Shown piece by piece: positions 1 through 9,756 of a DNA stretch of 64,000 nucleotides (its first letter is position 1; each line of letters begins with the position of its first letter). Under the pieces are notes generated by a model. That model saw only the letters and a program-made list of their open reading frames with translations, was not told the origin of the DNA and made no database searches. A program made the position numbers and the translations under genes. Origin of the DNA: Sediminibacterium sp. (lineage in GTDB: Bacteria; Bacteroidota; Bacteroidia; Chitinophagales; Chitinophagaceae); NCBI GenBank assembly GCA_965229255.1, contig CBDDIX010000005.1, positions 26,975 through 90,974 on the forward strand, read 5' to 3'.

Positions 1-1
1 G

Positions 2-832
2 GCTAAAATATTAAATGAGCTGAAGGACGAGTGGGAAGGAACAGTGAAACTTATTTTTCAACCCGGTGAAGAAAGAAACCCCGGTGGTGCCAGTTACCTG
101 ATCAAAGAGGGGGTGCTTGAAAATCCAAAACCGCAAGGCATCTTTGGATTGCATGTACATCCCGGTCTTGACCTTGGTAAATTAAGTTTCAGAAAAGGAA
201 GAGTGATGGCAAGTGCAGATGAGATCTATGTTACTATCAAAAGTAAAGGCGGACATGCAGCGGCACCACATTTAACGGCAGATACGGTGCTCATTGCTTC
301 TCATCTTATCGTTGCGCTGCAACAGATCATATCAAGAAATAATAATCCTACTTCACCTTCTGTATTATCTATCTGTTCAATACAGGGTGGACATACAACG
401 AATGTGATCCCGAGTGAAGTAAAATTAATGGGTACATTTCGTGCGATGGATGAGGAATGGAGATATAAAGCACATGCATTAATCCGCAAAGTAGCCACAG
501 GCGTTGTTGAAGGAATGGGAGCAGAATTAGATCTTCTTATTGATGTAGGATATCCAACGGTTGATAACGACCCGGTGCTTACAGAAACCGCATGGCAGTT
601 GGCGGATCAATACATGGGAAAAGAAAATGTGCTGCAAACAGAAATGAGAATGGGTGCCGAAGATTTTGGTTATTATACACAGGTGATACCCGGTTGTTTT
701 TACAGGCTGGGTGTACGTAACGAAGAAAAAGGTATTATACACAACGTGCATACTCCTCAGTTTGATATTGATGAGAGAGCAATTGAAACAGGAATGGGCA
801 TGATGGCGTTTCTGGGCGCAAACGCACGTTAG
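2..832 (+). CDS. M20 family amidohydrolase (N-acyl-amino-acid amidohydrolase-like), 5'-truncated by window edge
   Basis: The frame is open from base 2 (AKILNELKDEWEGTVKLIFQPGEE...). It has the M20D motifs FQPGEE, GHAAAPH, MGAEDF and a C-terminal HTPQFDIDE. The track start at 44 (GTG) is internal. Confidence 0.88.
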   Translation, partial: AKILNELKDEWEGTVKLIFQPGEERNPGGASYLIKEGVLENPKPQGIFGLHVHPGLDLGKLSFRKGRVMASADEIYVTIKSKGGHAAAPHLTADTVLIASHLIVALQQIISRNNNPTSPSVLSICSIQGGHTTNVIPSEVKLMGTFRAMDEEWRYKAHALIRKVATGVVEGMGAELDLLIDVGYPTVDNDPVLTETAWQLADQYMGKENVLQTEMRMGAEDFGYYTQVIPGCFYRLGVRNEEKGIIHNVHTPQFDIDERAIETGMGMMAFLGANAR

Positions 833-918
833 TCTAAAGTTGATTGGTCTATTGTCTAAGGTTAACCTTTAACAGTAAACTTGAAACAACCGTAGACCTT
901 AGACACTAAACTTTAAAC
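832..918. repeat. Intergenic imperfect inverted repeat built from degenerate heptamers (GTCTAnn / nnTAGAC / nnTAAAC)
   Basis: Perfect 10-bp IR: TGTCTAAGGT (853-862) and ACCTTAGACA (896-905). GTCTA occurs at 847 and 854; TAGAC at 893 and 900; TAAAC at 907 and 914 (7-bp spacing). Confidence 0.55.
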
Positions 919-929
919 TGATTTTAAAC

Positions 930-3266
930 ATGTCGAAAAACACCGATTTACGCAAAGAACAGGCACTTGAATACCATTCCAGCGGAAGACCCGGTAAAAT
1001 AGAAGTGGTTCCTACCAAAGAAGCGAAAACACAACGCGATCTTTCACTCGCGTATAGTCCCGGTGTGGCCGAACCCTGCAAAGAGATTGCAAAAAATCCT
1101 GAAGATGTTTATAAATATACTGCCAAAGGAAACCTTGTTGCCGTGATCACCAATGGTACTGCGGTGTTAGGGTTAGGTGATATCGGTCCCGAAGCCAGTA
1201 AGCCTGTCATGGAAGGGAAGGGTGTACTCTTCAAAATATTTGCTGATATAGATGTATTCGATATCGAGATAAATGAGAAGGATCCTGAAAAATTTGTACA
1301 GATTGTCAAGTCGCTCGAACCCACTTTCGGTGGTATCAATCTTGAAGACATCAAAGCACCTGAATGTTTTTATATTGAACAGCAGTTGCGCGAGCAGATG
1401 AATATTCCTGTGATGCATGATGACCAGCATGGCACGGCCATCATCAGCAGTGCGGCGTTATTAAATGCACTCGAGCTCCAGAAAAAGAAGATCGAAAAAG
1501 TTTGTTTTGTTGTTAATGGCGCCGGTGCAGCAGCAATGGCCTGCGTACAATTATATGTGGCGCTGGGCGCAAAGCATGAAAATTTTATATTGTTTGATAA
1601 GGATGGTGTATTGCATAAAGGAAGAACAGATCTTGGTGAGATAAGAGAGCGTTTTGCTGTTAAGAAAAGCGATCTGACATTGGAGAAAGCGATGAAGGAT
1701 GCAGATGTATTTCTTGGCTTGAGTGTAGGAAACGTGATCACACAGGCGATGGTAAAAAGTATGGCGAAGAACCCCATCGTTTTTGCGATGGCCAATCCCG
1801 ACCCGGAGATCAGTTATGAAGATGCGATCGCTGTGCGCAAAGATCTTATCATGGCTACCGGAAGAACAGATTATCCTAACCAGGTAAACAATGTACTGGG
1901 CTTCCCCTATATATTCAGGGGTGCGCTGGATGTTAGGGCAAAGCAGATTAATGAAGCCATGAAACTGGCTGCTGTAAAAGCTTTGGCTGGTCTCGCAAAA
2001 TCTTCTGTTCCTGATATTGTGAACATGGCATATAACCAGAGTAATATGTCATTCGGTCCTGAATATATTATCCCCAAACCATTGGATCCCCGCTTACTTT
2101 CAACAGTGGCGCCGGCTGTGGCAAAAGCAGCAGTGGAAAGTGGCGTGGCACAAAAAACAATTGCTAACTGGGACGCGTATGCGTTAGAACTGAATAAACG
2201 ACTCGGTCTTGATAACCAATTAATCCGGGCGATAGGTAATAAAGCCCGCCGCGACCCTAAGCGTTTAATATTTGCAGAAGCGGATAATCTTAAGATCTTA
2301 AAAGCAGCCAGTATTATTTATGATGATGGTATCGCTTACCCGATCCTGTTGGGTGACCCTGTTAAGATTAACCGTATTGCAGAAGAGAATAATATTGATA
2401 TCATGGATCTTCCGATCATCGACCCAACGAGTGATGAGATGGAATCGAAACGTGAGTTCTATGGAGAACTGTTCTTCAAGAAAAGACAGCGCAGGGGCGT
2501 TAACCGGTATGAGAGCCGCAAGATGATGAACGACCGGAACCATTTCGGTTGTATGATGGTTGAAACCGGCGATGCGGATGCGATGTTATCCGGTCTCACA
2601 AAGAATTATGCAGAAGCGATCCGTCCAGCTTTACAGATCATTGGGACAGAAGAAGGTGTAAAGAAGATCGCGGGTATGTACCTGCTGCTTACCAAAAAGG
2701 GACCTTTGTTCCTCGCAGATACTACGGTCAATTTTCATCCTACGGCAGAAGAGCTGGCAGATATTACATTGATGGTGGCGAAAGAGGTAAGAAATTTTAA
2801 CCTTACCCCACGTATCGCCATGCTCAGTTACAGCAATTTTGGCAGTAGCGATTCGCCGGAAGCAAAACTGGTAGCAGAAGCCACGCGTATCCTTAAGCAA
2901 AAGAATCCATCGCTGATTGTTGACGGGGAAATGCAGGCCAGTATGGCATTTAATAAAGAGATCCTCCGCGATAACTATCCTTTCAGCGAGCTTGTGGATA
3001 AGGATGTAAACGTATTAATGTTTCCCAATTTAAGTGCGGGTAACGTAACTTACAATCTATTAAAGGAAGTAGGTGGTGCAGATGCGATCGGGCCAATATT
3101 GTTAGGATTAAAAAGACCTGTTCACGTACTGCAACTCGGAAGCACATCAAGGAGTATTATCAATATGGCGCTCGTTGCCGTGGTGGATGCGCAGATGAAA
3201 TGCAGAACCAATACAGATGAAGCGGTGCAGAAGAGCTCATGGTGGAAAAGGAAGAAAAGTAAATAG
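930..3266 (+). CDS. maeB: NADP-dependent malic enzyme with C-terminal phosphotransacetylase-like domain
   Basis: 778 aa. Motifs [39 protein letters not shown] and MANPDPEI, followed by a PTA-like domain (DGEMQ, FPNL.AGN, IGPILLG). Confidence 0.95.
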   Translation: MSKNTDLRKEQALEYHSSGRPGKIEVVPTKEAKTQRDLSLAYSPGVAEPCKEIAKNPEDVYKYTAKGNLVAVITNGTAVLGLGDIGPEASKPVMEGKGVLFKIFADIDVFDIEINEKDPEKFVQIVKSLEPTFGGINLEDIKAPECFYIEQQLREQMNIPVMHDDQHGTAIISSAALLNALELQKKKIEKVCFVVNGAGAAAMACVQLYVALGAKHENFILFDKDGVLHKGRTDLGEIRERFAVKKSDLTLEKAMKDADVFLGLSVGNVITQAMVKSMAKNPIVFAMANPDPEISYEDAIAVRKDLIMATGRTDYPNQVNNVLGFPYIFRGALDVRAKQINEAMKLAAVKALAGLAKSSVPDIVNMAYNQSNMSFGPEYIIPKPLDPRLLSTVAPAVAKAAVESGVAQKTIANWDAYALELNKRLGLDNQLIRAIGNKARRDPKRLIFAEADNLKILKAASIIYDDGIAYPILLGDPVKINRIAEENNIDIMDLPIIDPTSDEMESKREFYGELFFKKRQRRGVNRYESRKMMNDRNHFGCMMVETGDADAMLSGLTKNYAEAIRPALQIIGTEEGVKKIAGMYLLLTKKGPLFLADTTVNFHPTAEELADITLMVAKEVRNFNLTPRIAMLSYSNFGSSDSPEAKLVAEATRILKQKNPSLIVDGEMQASMAFNKEILRDNYPFSELVDKDVNVLMFPNLSAGNVTYNLLKEVGGADAIGPILLGLKRPVHVLQLGSTSRSIINMALVAVVDAQMKCRTNTDEAVQKSSWWKRKKSK

Positions 3267-3304
3267 ACCCCTGCCCCCTGTTAGGGGGTTCAAAAAACAT
3301 AACT

Positions 3305-4042
3305 ATGTCGTTTTTTACACATTTAGGCAGTTATCTTCTCATGTTAAAAGGCATGTTTACCAAACCGGAGAACTGGCGGATGTATTGGAAAGAGTTCATG
3401 CATCAGTGTGCTGAAATCGGGATTGGTGCATTACCGATCGTGGTGATCATTTCATTGTTCCTGGGTGCGGTAACTACTGTACAGACTGCTTACCAGTTAG
3501 TGAGTCCGTTAGTGCCTGCATCTACCATTGCGCAGATCGTGCGGGATAGCATGATCCTTGAGTTATCGCCTACTGTATTAAGTGTTGTGTTAGCCGGTGT
3601 GATCGGAAGTAAGATCGCCAGTGAGCTGGGTAATATGCGCATCAGTGAACAGGTAGATGCATTGGAGATCATGGGTATCAATACAAAAAGTTATTTAGTA
3701 ATGCCCAAGATATTGGCATCGCTGGTGGTGATACCTTTTCTTATTATTATCTCTGCGGTGTTGGGTATATGGGGTGGCAGAACAGCAGGCGCAATGGCAG
3801 GCATTTTAGCTACAGATATTTTTGATGTGGGTCTCAGGCAGAATCTTAATATCTACAATATCAATATCGCGTTATACAAATCCTACACATTCGCATTCAT
3901 CATTAGTAGTGTATCAGCTTATTATGGATACAATGTAAAAGGTGGTGCATTGGAGATCGGTCGTGCGAGTACAAGTGCGGTTGTAGTGAGTTGTATTCTT
4001 ATTCTTGTGGCGGATTATGGATTGGCAGCTTTATTATTGTAA
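3305..4042 (+). CDS. mlaE: MlaE-family ABC transporter permease
   Basis: Hydrophobic 245 aa protein with ELSP...GVIGSKIASELGNMRISEQVDALEIMG and STSAVV motifs. Confidence 0.9.
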   Translation: MSFFTHLGSYLLMLKGMFTKPENWRMYWKEFMHQCAEIGIGALPIVVIISLFLGAVTTVQTAYQLVSPLVPASTIAQIVRDSMILELSPTVLSVVLAGVIGSKIASELGNMRISEQVDALEIMGINTKSYLVMPKILASLVVIPFLIIISAVLGIWGGRTAGAMAGILATDIFDVGLRQNLNIYNINIALYKSYTFAFIISSVSAYYGYNVKGGALEIGRASTSAVVVSCILILVADYGLAALLL

Positions 4043-4069
4043 GACACTGCTGATCGGGAACACTGACAT

Positions 4070-4157
4070 TTCACCGCAGAGGCGCAGAGCACGCAGAGTT
4101 TTCGCAGAGAAACTTGTCTCTGCGAAAACTCCCCGATCTCCGCGCCTCTGCGGTGAA
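4070..4157. repeat. REP-like nested palindromic element with four CGCAGAG units
   Basis: Outer perfect 16-bp IR: TTCACCGCAGAGGCGC (4070-4085) / GCGCCTCTGCGGTGAA (4142-4157). Inner perfect 15-bp IR: GAGTTTTCGCAGAGA (4096-4110) / TCTCTGCGAAAACTC (4117-4131). CGCAGAG occurs at 4075, 4083, 4092 and 4103. The element is GC-rich and intergenic. Confidence 0.85.
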
Positions 4158-4178
4158 GAAAAAACTCAAATGTAAAGG

Positions 4179-4667
4179 ATGAACCCAAGCTTTAACAAAT
4201 TCCGAAAGCAGATCGTAAATCCGATCAAGTTCCGTTTGTTCATGCTGCAAAAATTGCCATCAACTTTTTTTGCGGGATTAAAGATCAATGAACTGGATGA
4301 AAAACATGCGGTTGTTTCAGTAAAACATAAATGGTTCAACCAAAATCCTTTCCGTTCTATGTACTTTGCCATTCAATCCATGGCAGCTGAAATGAGTACA
4401 GGCATTCTTGGGTTTGGGCAGATCTATCAACGCGATCCCAAAGTGAGTATGCTGGTTGTTGGCATTGAAGCAAAATTCCTTAAAAAAATTACCGGTGTTA
4501 TTTCATTTACCTGTTCAGACGGAGAAGCAATCAATACAGCGATTGAACATTCTATTGCCACAGGGGAAGGAGTGACCGTTGTTTGCAGGTCGGCAGGCAC
4601 CAATGAAGAAGGAGAACTGGCAGCTGAATTTTTTGTTACCTGGAGTTTTAAAGCCAGGCAAAAATAA
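4179..4667 (+). CDS. DUF4442 / PaaI-like hotdog-fold thioesterase
   Basis: 162 aa. The pattern NQNPFRSMYFAIQSMAAEMSTG followed by EAKFLKK...G.I.F is typical of hotdog-fold DUF4442 proteins. Confidence 0.75.
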   Translation: MNPSFNKFRKQIVNPIKFRLFMLQKLPSTFFAGLKINELDEKHAVVSVKHKWFNQNPFRSMYFAIQSMAAEMSTGILGFGQIYQRDPKVSMLVVGIEAKFLKKITGVISFTCSDGEAINTAIEHSIATGEGVTVVCRSAGTNEEGELAAEFFVTWSFKARQK

Positions 4668-4674
4668 TGATCCA

Positions 4675-6075
4675 ATGAAAATAGCATTTCACGGCGCGGC
4701 ACGCGTAGTTACCGGTTCCAAGCATTTAGTTACTTTGAACAATGGAAAGAAGATCCTGCTCGATTGTGGTCTTTTCCAGGGGATGGGTAAAGACACCGAA
4801 GTGCTGAACAGTAGTTTTGGATTTGATGCGGCTTCTATCGATTGCCTGGTTCTTTCCCATGCGCATATTGATCATTGCGGACTCATACCCAAATTAGTAA
4901 GAGAAGGGTTCAAAGGAAATATATATGCTACGCCGGCTACACAGGCGTTGGCAGCGATACTGCTCGAAGATTCTGCAGAGATACAGCGGGATGATACAAA
5001 ATTCATCAACAAAAAAAGAGCCAGAACAGGTCTTCCGCCTTACCAGCCATTATATGTACCGGAAGATGTTGCCAACTCGCTCCCGTTATTTAAGCGTGTT
5101 GAATACGATCAGTGGACAACAATAGAACCGGGTGTAGAGGTACTTTTTACTGATGCGGGTCATATTATTGGTAGTGCGGCCGTACACCTTCGCATTACAG
5201 AAGATAATAAAACAATGCAGTTATCATTCAGTGGTGATGTTGGTCGCTACAACGATGCGATCCTCCGTGCCCCGTCAACTTTTCCACAGGCAGATTATAT
5301 ACTATTGGAAAGCACTTACGGTAATAAACTGCATGCAGATGTATTAGGTTCTGTTGATACCTTATTACAATGGGTAACCAGGACATGCATTGAAAAGAAA
5401 GGAAAACTTATCATACCTTCTTTTAGTGTGGGACGTACGCAGGAGCTATTGTATATGCTGAACCAGCTGGAGCTTGAAAACAGGTTGCCACAGGTACCTG
5501 TGTATGTAGACAGCCCTTTAAGCCGCGAAGCCACTGATCTTTTAAAAATGTTCCCGCAATATTTTAATGCACACATCAAGGAGGTGATGAAGTCGGATAA
5601 AGACCCTTTTGATTTTAAAGGGTTGAATTTTATCAAGACGGTAGATGAAAGCAAACGTCTCAACGAATTGCCGCAACCCTGTGTGATCATTTCTGCCAGC
5701 GGCATGGCAGATGCGGGAAGAGTAAAGCACCATATTATGAATAATATCGGTGATCAGAAAAACACGATACTGATGGTGGGTTATTGCGAGCCGCGTTCCT
5801 TGGGTGGAAGATTAATGAATGGTGCAAAAGAAGTAAAGATCTTTGGTGATATGTTTAAAGTGGTAGCGGAAGTGGGATCAATGCGCAGCATGAGTGCACA
5901 TGGCGATTATGATGATCTCTGCGAATTCATATCGGGGCTGGATACTTCAAAGTTGAAAAAAATATTTCTTGTACATGGTGAGTACGATGTTCAACAGGAA
6001 TTTGCAGACAGGTTAAGAAAGAAAGGGTATAAAGATGTAGTGATACCGGAACTCCACTCGGAAGAAAATTTATAA
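4675..6075 (+). CDS. MBL-fold metallo-hydrolase with beta-CASP/RNA-specificity domain (putative ribonuclease)
   Basis: Begins MKIAFHGAARVVTGSKH (ATG at 4675; the track start at 4579 overlaps the upstream gene). Motifs LDCG, SHAHIDHCG, AGHIIGS, FSGDVG, ESTYG, GRTQE, SAHGD and VHGE. Confidence 0.9.
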   Translation: MKIAFHGAARVVTGSKHLVTLNNGKKILLDCGLFQGMGKDTEVLNSSFGFDAASIDCLVLSHAHIDHCGLIPKLVREGFKGNIYATPATQALAAILLEDSAEIQRDDTKFINKKRARTGLPPYQPLYVPEDVANSLPLFKRVEYDQWTTIEPGVEVLFTDAGHIIGSAAVHLRITEDNKTMQLSFSGDVGRYNDAILRAPSTFPQADYILLESTYGNKLHADVLGSVDTLLQWVTRTCIEKKGKLIIPSFSVGRTQELLYMLNQLELENRLPQVPVYVDSPLSREATDLLKMFPQYFNAHIKEVMKSDKDPFDFKGLNFIKTVDESKRLNELPQPCVIISASGMADAGRVKHHIMNNIGDQKNTILMVGYCEPRSLGGRLMNGAKEVKIFGDMFKVVAEVGSMRSMSAHGDYDDLCEFISGLDTSKLKKIFLVHGEYDVQQEFADRLRKKGYKDVVIPELHSEENL

Positions 6076-6093
6076 AAGATTGAAAAGATAGCA

Positions 6094-7251
6094 ATGCCAG
6101 AAACGATCATTACACAGATTAAGCATGTATTTCATCAACATTTTGGAGAGCCTGATCTCATCGTCCGTTCACCGGGAAGAATTAACCTGATAGGCGAGCA
6201 CACGGATTATAACCTTGGTTTTGTTTTACCCGCTGCTATTAATAAAGCTATTTATATAGCCATACAAAAAAGAGAGGACCAGGAGATCCATCTTGTAGCA
6301 GCAGATCTTGAAGAAACCTTTCAAACAACGGTTGATAATGTGATCTATAGCGATCTCCATTGGCCCAATTACATTTTGGGTGTGGTGGATCAGTTACAAA
6401 AAGCAGGGCATCCCATAAAAGGGTTTAGTGCTGTGGTAACAGGGGATGTGCCTTTGGGCGCCGGCTTATCATCTTCTGCTGCTGTGGAATGTGCCGTAGC
6501 TTATGCATTGAATACATTGTTTGAACTGGGTATTTCTACAAAGGATATGGTCCTGATATCCCAGAAAGCGGAAAATGATTTTGTTGGGTTACAATGTGGT
6601 GTCATGGATCAGTTTGCCAGTATGTTTGGTAAAAAAGATCATGTGATCCGCCTCGATTGCCGTTCACTGGAGTATGCTTATATGCCTTTTGATACAAAAG
6701 ATGTACAGGTCATATTAATGGATACGGGGGTAAAACATTCACTCGCTTCAACAGCATATAATTTGCGGAGACAGGAATGTGAAGAAGGTGTTTGTACCAT
6801 ACAACGCAGATACCCGGCTGTTCAGAGCCTGCGGGATGCCACGATAGAAATGGTCAATGAATGTTTAACGGTAGATACGAATGTCTTTAAAAGATGTAAG
6901 TTTATTGTAGAAGAGATCCTGCGGTTGCAGGAGGGATGTGATGACCTTGTGCGGAATGATCTTCTCGCATTCGGTAAAAAGATGTTTGATACGCATCATG
7001 GACTCAGCCGGTTATATGAAGTAAGCTGCATAGAAGCAGATGCATTGGTAGAAGCAGTTATCAGCGATGAAGCTGTATTAGGCGCACGTATGATGGGTGG
7101 GGGGTTTGGCGGATGTACGATCAACCTGGTAAAAAAAGAAAAAGCAGATGAGGTGATCAACAGGGTCAGTTCTTTTTATTTTCACCGTTTTGCCATACCG
7201 CTTAAGACCTACCTGGTAAGTATAGAAGATGGAACCTCACTGGTAGAATGA
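6094..7251 (+). CDS. galK: Galactokinase
   Basis: GRINLIGEHTDYN signature, GHMP motif PLGAGLSSSAA, CGVMDQ, and GARMMGGGFGG. Confidence 0.95.
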   Translation: MPETIITQIKHVFHQHFGEPDLIVRSPGRINLIGEHTDYNLGFVLPAAINKAIYIAIQKREDQEIHLVAADLEETFQTTVDNVIYSDLHWPNYILGVVDQLQKAGHPIKGFSAVVTGDVPLGAGLSSSAAVECAVAYALNTLFELGISTKDMVLISQKAENDFVGLQCGVMDQFASMFGKKDHVIRLDCRSLEYAYMPFDTKDVQVILMDTGVKHSLASTAYNLRRQECEEGVCTIQRRYPAVQSLRDATIEMVNECLTVDTNVFKRCKFIVEEILRLQEGCDDLVRNDLLAFGKKMFDTHHGLSRLYEVSCIEADALVEAVISDEAVLGARMMGGGFGGCTINLVKKEKADEVINRVSSFYFHRFAIPLKTYLVSIEDGTSLVE

Positions 7252-7261
7252 AAACATAATT

Positions 7262-9040
7262 ATGCAGGAAGCGCAGTTAAATATATATACAAACAGGATT
7301 ATTGAATTCAATAAAGAGCAGGCAGCTATCCGTAAGCAGTTATCACTGATCAGTGTGTTGCGTCTCCTGTTATTCCTGGTATTTGCCGGGTTCCTTTACC
7401 AAGCATTTAAGGAAAGGTTTGCAGGTCATTCGCTTCTGTATTCGCTCCTTACGATCCCTGTTTTTATCGTACTTGTTTTATTGGCCGGCAGAAAGAAAGC
7501 AAAATTTAAATTTCTACAGCAATTGATCTTTATCAACCAGAATGAGATCGACATTACCCTTGGAAAAGATTCATTCCTCGACAACGGGCATGCCTATTCA
7601 CCGCAGAAAGGTTTTACAGTGGATCTCGGTCTTTTTGGAAAAGATTCTTTATTTCACCTGGTCAATCGTGTAGGTAGTTTGCCTGGCAGGGAGCAGCTGA
7701 CAGAAAGGCTCACTCATCCGTTTCTAGTCCCTGCAGATATCATTAATTACCAGGGTGCAGCAAAAGAACTATCAGGCAAACTTGTTTTCAGGCAAAACTT
7801 ATTGGCCCATGCTTTATTATTGGAAGAAGATGAAGCGCTTCCGCAATTACGAGCAGGCATTCTCATGGAACAATTTTCAACATTGGAGAGTGTAATATGG
7901 ACAGTAATTGCCAAAGTGTGGCCCATTGCCGGTATCATCATCAGTATATACTCAGTATGGGTAGATAGTTACCGCCTTTTACTTTTGTTTGGCGTGCTGG
8001 GTCTCTTATTGCTTTCTTTCACATTCCGGAAAGTATCACAGCTGTATAACCATATTTCGAAGCGCAGTTATTTGTATAATCAGTATGCAAAGTGTTTTAG
8101 TCTCATACTCAATGAAAAATTTGAGCATCCCTACCTGTTGAAAAAGCAGGAAGAAATAGGCGAAGCTGCGCTGGCATTTCAGCGGCTCTCCAAATTAACA
8201 GGCCTGTTCGATCTCCGTATGAGTTTGTTCTCGTTTGTGATCAATGGCTTATTTGTACTGGACCTTATTTGTGCACGTGCCTATGTTACGTGGAACAGGC
8301 AATACCAGCCACAGATCCCTAATTGGTTTGATACATTAGGTGAAATGGAGGTGCTCAATTCCCTGGCTACTTTTCATTATAATCACCCGGCCTTTATTTT
8401 TCCCGAAGCAATCACGGGGGCATTATCCATTGAGGCAAGCGGTATGGGGCATCCATTGATGAATGAAACCGCTGCTGTAACAAACGATATTTCTATCGGC
8501 AACCAGTCAAAGCTCCATATCATCACCGGCTCGAATATGTCAGGCAAAAGTACTTTCCTGCGCACATTGGGATTGAATATGGTCTTGGCACAAACAGGGG
8601 CACCGGTATTTGCGAATTCTTTTGTTTTCCGACCGGTAATTTTTTTGACATCCTTCCATCATATCGATTCACTTTCTGAAAGCACTTCTTATTTCTATGC
8701 AGAGTTACGTGCACTGCAAAGTATTATCCAGTCGCTGGATGAACCTACTCCTTCACTGGTATTGCTTGATGAGGTAATGCGGGGCACCAACTCAAAGGAT
8801 AAGCATGATGGAACCGCATTGCTCATCAAAAAGATACTAGGTTTCCAATGCCTCACATTGATTGCCACGCATGATACTGAATTAGGTATCTTAGCAGATG
8901 CGCATCCCGGCGAAGTAGCCAACTTTTGTTTTGAAAGTGAGTTATCTTCCGAAGGGTTGACATTTGATTTCAAAAAACGAAAGGGTGTGGCCCAATCAAC
9001 CAATGCAACCTATCTAATGAAGCAAATGGGCATCATTTAA
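7262..9040 (+). CDS. Membrane-anchored MutS-related ATPase (MutS domain V only)
   Basis: N-terminal TM segments. Walker A GSNMSGKSTFLR, SYFYAEL, Walker B LLDEVMRGTNS, ATHD. No mismatch-binding domain is visible. Confidence 0.85.
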   Translation: MQEAQLNIYTNRIIEFNKEQAAIRKQLSLISVLRLLLFLVFAGFLYQAFKERFAGHSLLYSLLTIPVFIVLVLLAGRKKAKFKFLQQLIFINQNEIDITLGKDSFLDNGHAYSPQKGFTVDLGLFGKDSLFHLVNRVGSLPGREQLTERLTHPFLVPADIINYQGAAKELSGKLVFRQNLLAHALLLEEDEALPQLRAGILMEQFSTLESVIWTVIAKVWPIAGIIISIYSVWVDSYRLLLLFGVLGLLLLSFTFRKVSQLYNHISKRSYLYNQYAKCFSLILNEKFEHPYLLKKQEEIGEAALAFQRLSKLTGLFDLRMSLFSFVINGLFVLDLICARAYVTWNRQYQPQIPNWFDTLGEMEVLNSLATFHYNHPAFIFPEAITGALSIEASGMGHPLMNETAAVTNDISIGNQSKLHIITGSNMSGKSTFLRTLGLNMVLAQTGAPVFANSFVFRPVIFLTSFHHIDSLSESTSYFYAELRALQSIIQSLDEPTPSLVLLDEVMRGTNSKDKHDGTALLIKKILGFQCLTLIATHDTELGILADAHPGEVANFCFESELSSEGLTFDFKKRKGVAQSTNATYLMKQMGII

Positions 9041-9056
9041 TTAAACCGAATTTCCC

Positions 9057-9722
9057 ATGTGTTTTTCCGCTACGGCAAGTTTTGCGTCAGGCATTATTTT
9101 AACCGGCGTTGGCGTTGCCGCACTTTCTACAACAAAGCATCGGTCAGAATGGGTGTTTGCAGGAATTCCGCTTTTATTCGGTATTCAGCAGATAGCGGAA
9201 GGTTTCACATGGCTCACCCTGATGCATTCTGAATATATGCAATGGCAAACCTTAGCCATCAATTGTTTCCTATTTTTTGCGCATATTCTCTGGCCTTTCT
9301 GGATACCGCTTTCTGTTTATCTCATGGAAAAAGAACCGGTCAGGAAAAAAATATATGCTGCGATCCTCGGACTGGGCATTATTCTTGCCATAAGTGAACT
9401 CTATTGCATGATTGTTTTTCCAACTATCGCTATTGTGAATGAGCACCATATAGATTACACGGTTGCCTTTCCACGATGGTATGCGATCGTTACAGAAGGT
9501 ATGTATTTCGTGGTCACACTGGTTCCCTGTTATATATCTTCTGTTAAAAAAATGTGGTTATTTGGCTACTGTCTTACGCTTACACTGGTTATGTCTGCGA
9601 TATTTTATAAGATGTACGTGGTTTCTGTATGGTGTTTTTTTGCTGGACTAACCAGTGTGGTGATCTATTTTATCCTTTGGGATATGCGCAAATCTGCCAA
9701 AAGGCAACTATTTACCCCATAG
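9057..9722 (+). CDS. DUF6629-like multi-pass membrane protein
   Basis: Conserved N-terminus MCFSATASF, IPLLFGIQQIAEG and C-terminal SVWCFFA; about 7 hydrophobic segments. Confidence 0.7.
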   Translation: MCFSATASFASGIILTGVGVAALSTTKHRSEWVFAGIPLLFGIQQIAEGFTWLTLMHSEYMQWQTLAINCFLFFAHILWPFWIPLSVYLMEKEPVRKKIYAAILGLGIILAISELYCMIVFPTIAIVNEHHIDYTVAFPRWYAIVTEGMYFVVTLVPCYISSVKKMWLFGYCLTLTLVMSAIFYKMYVVSVWCFFAGLTSVVIYFILWDMRKSAKRQLFTP

Positions 9723-9756
9723 CAACGTTAACTATAAAACTTACCCCCGCCTGTCC

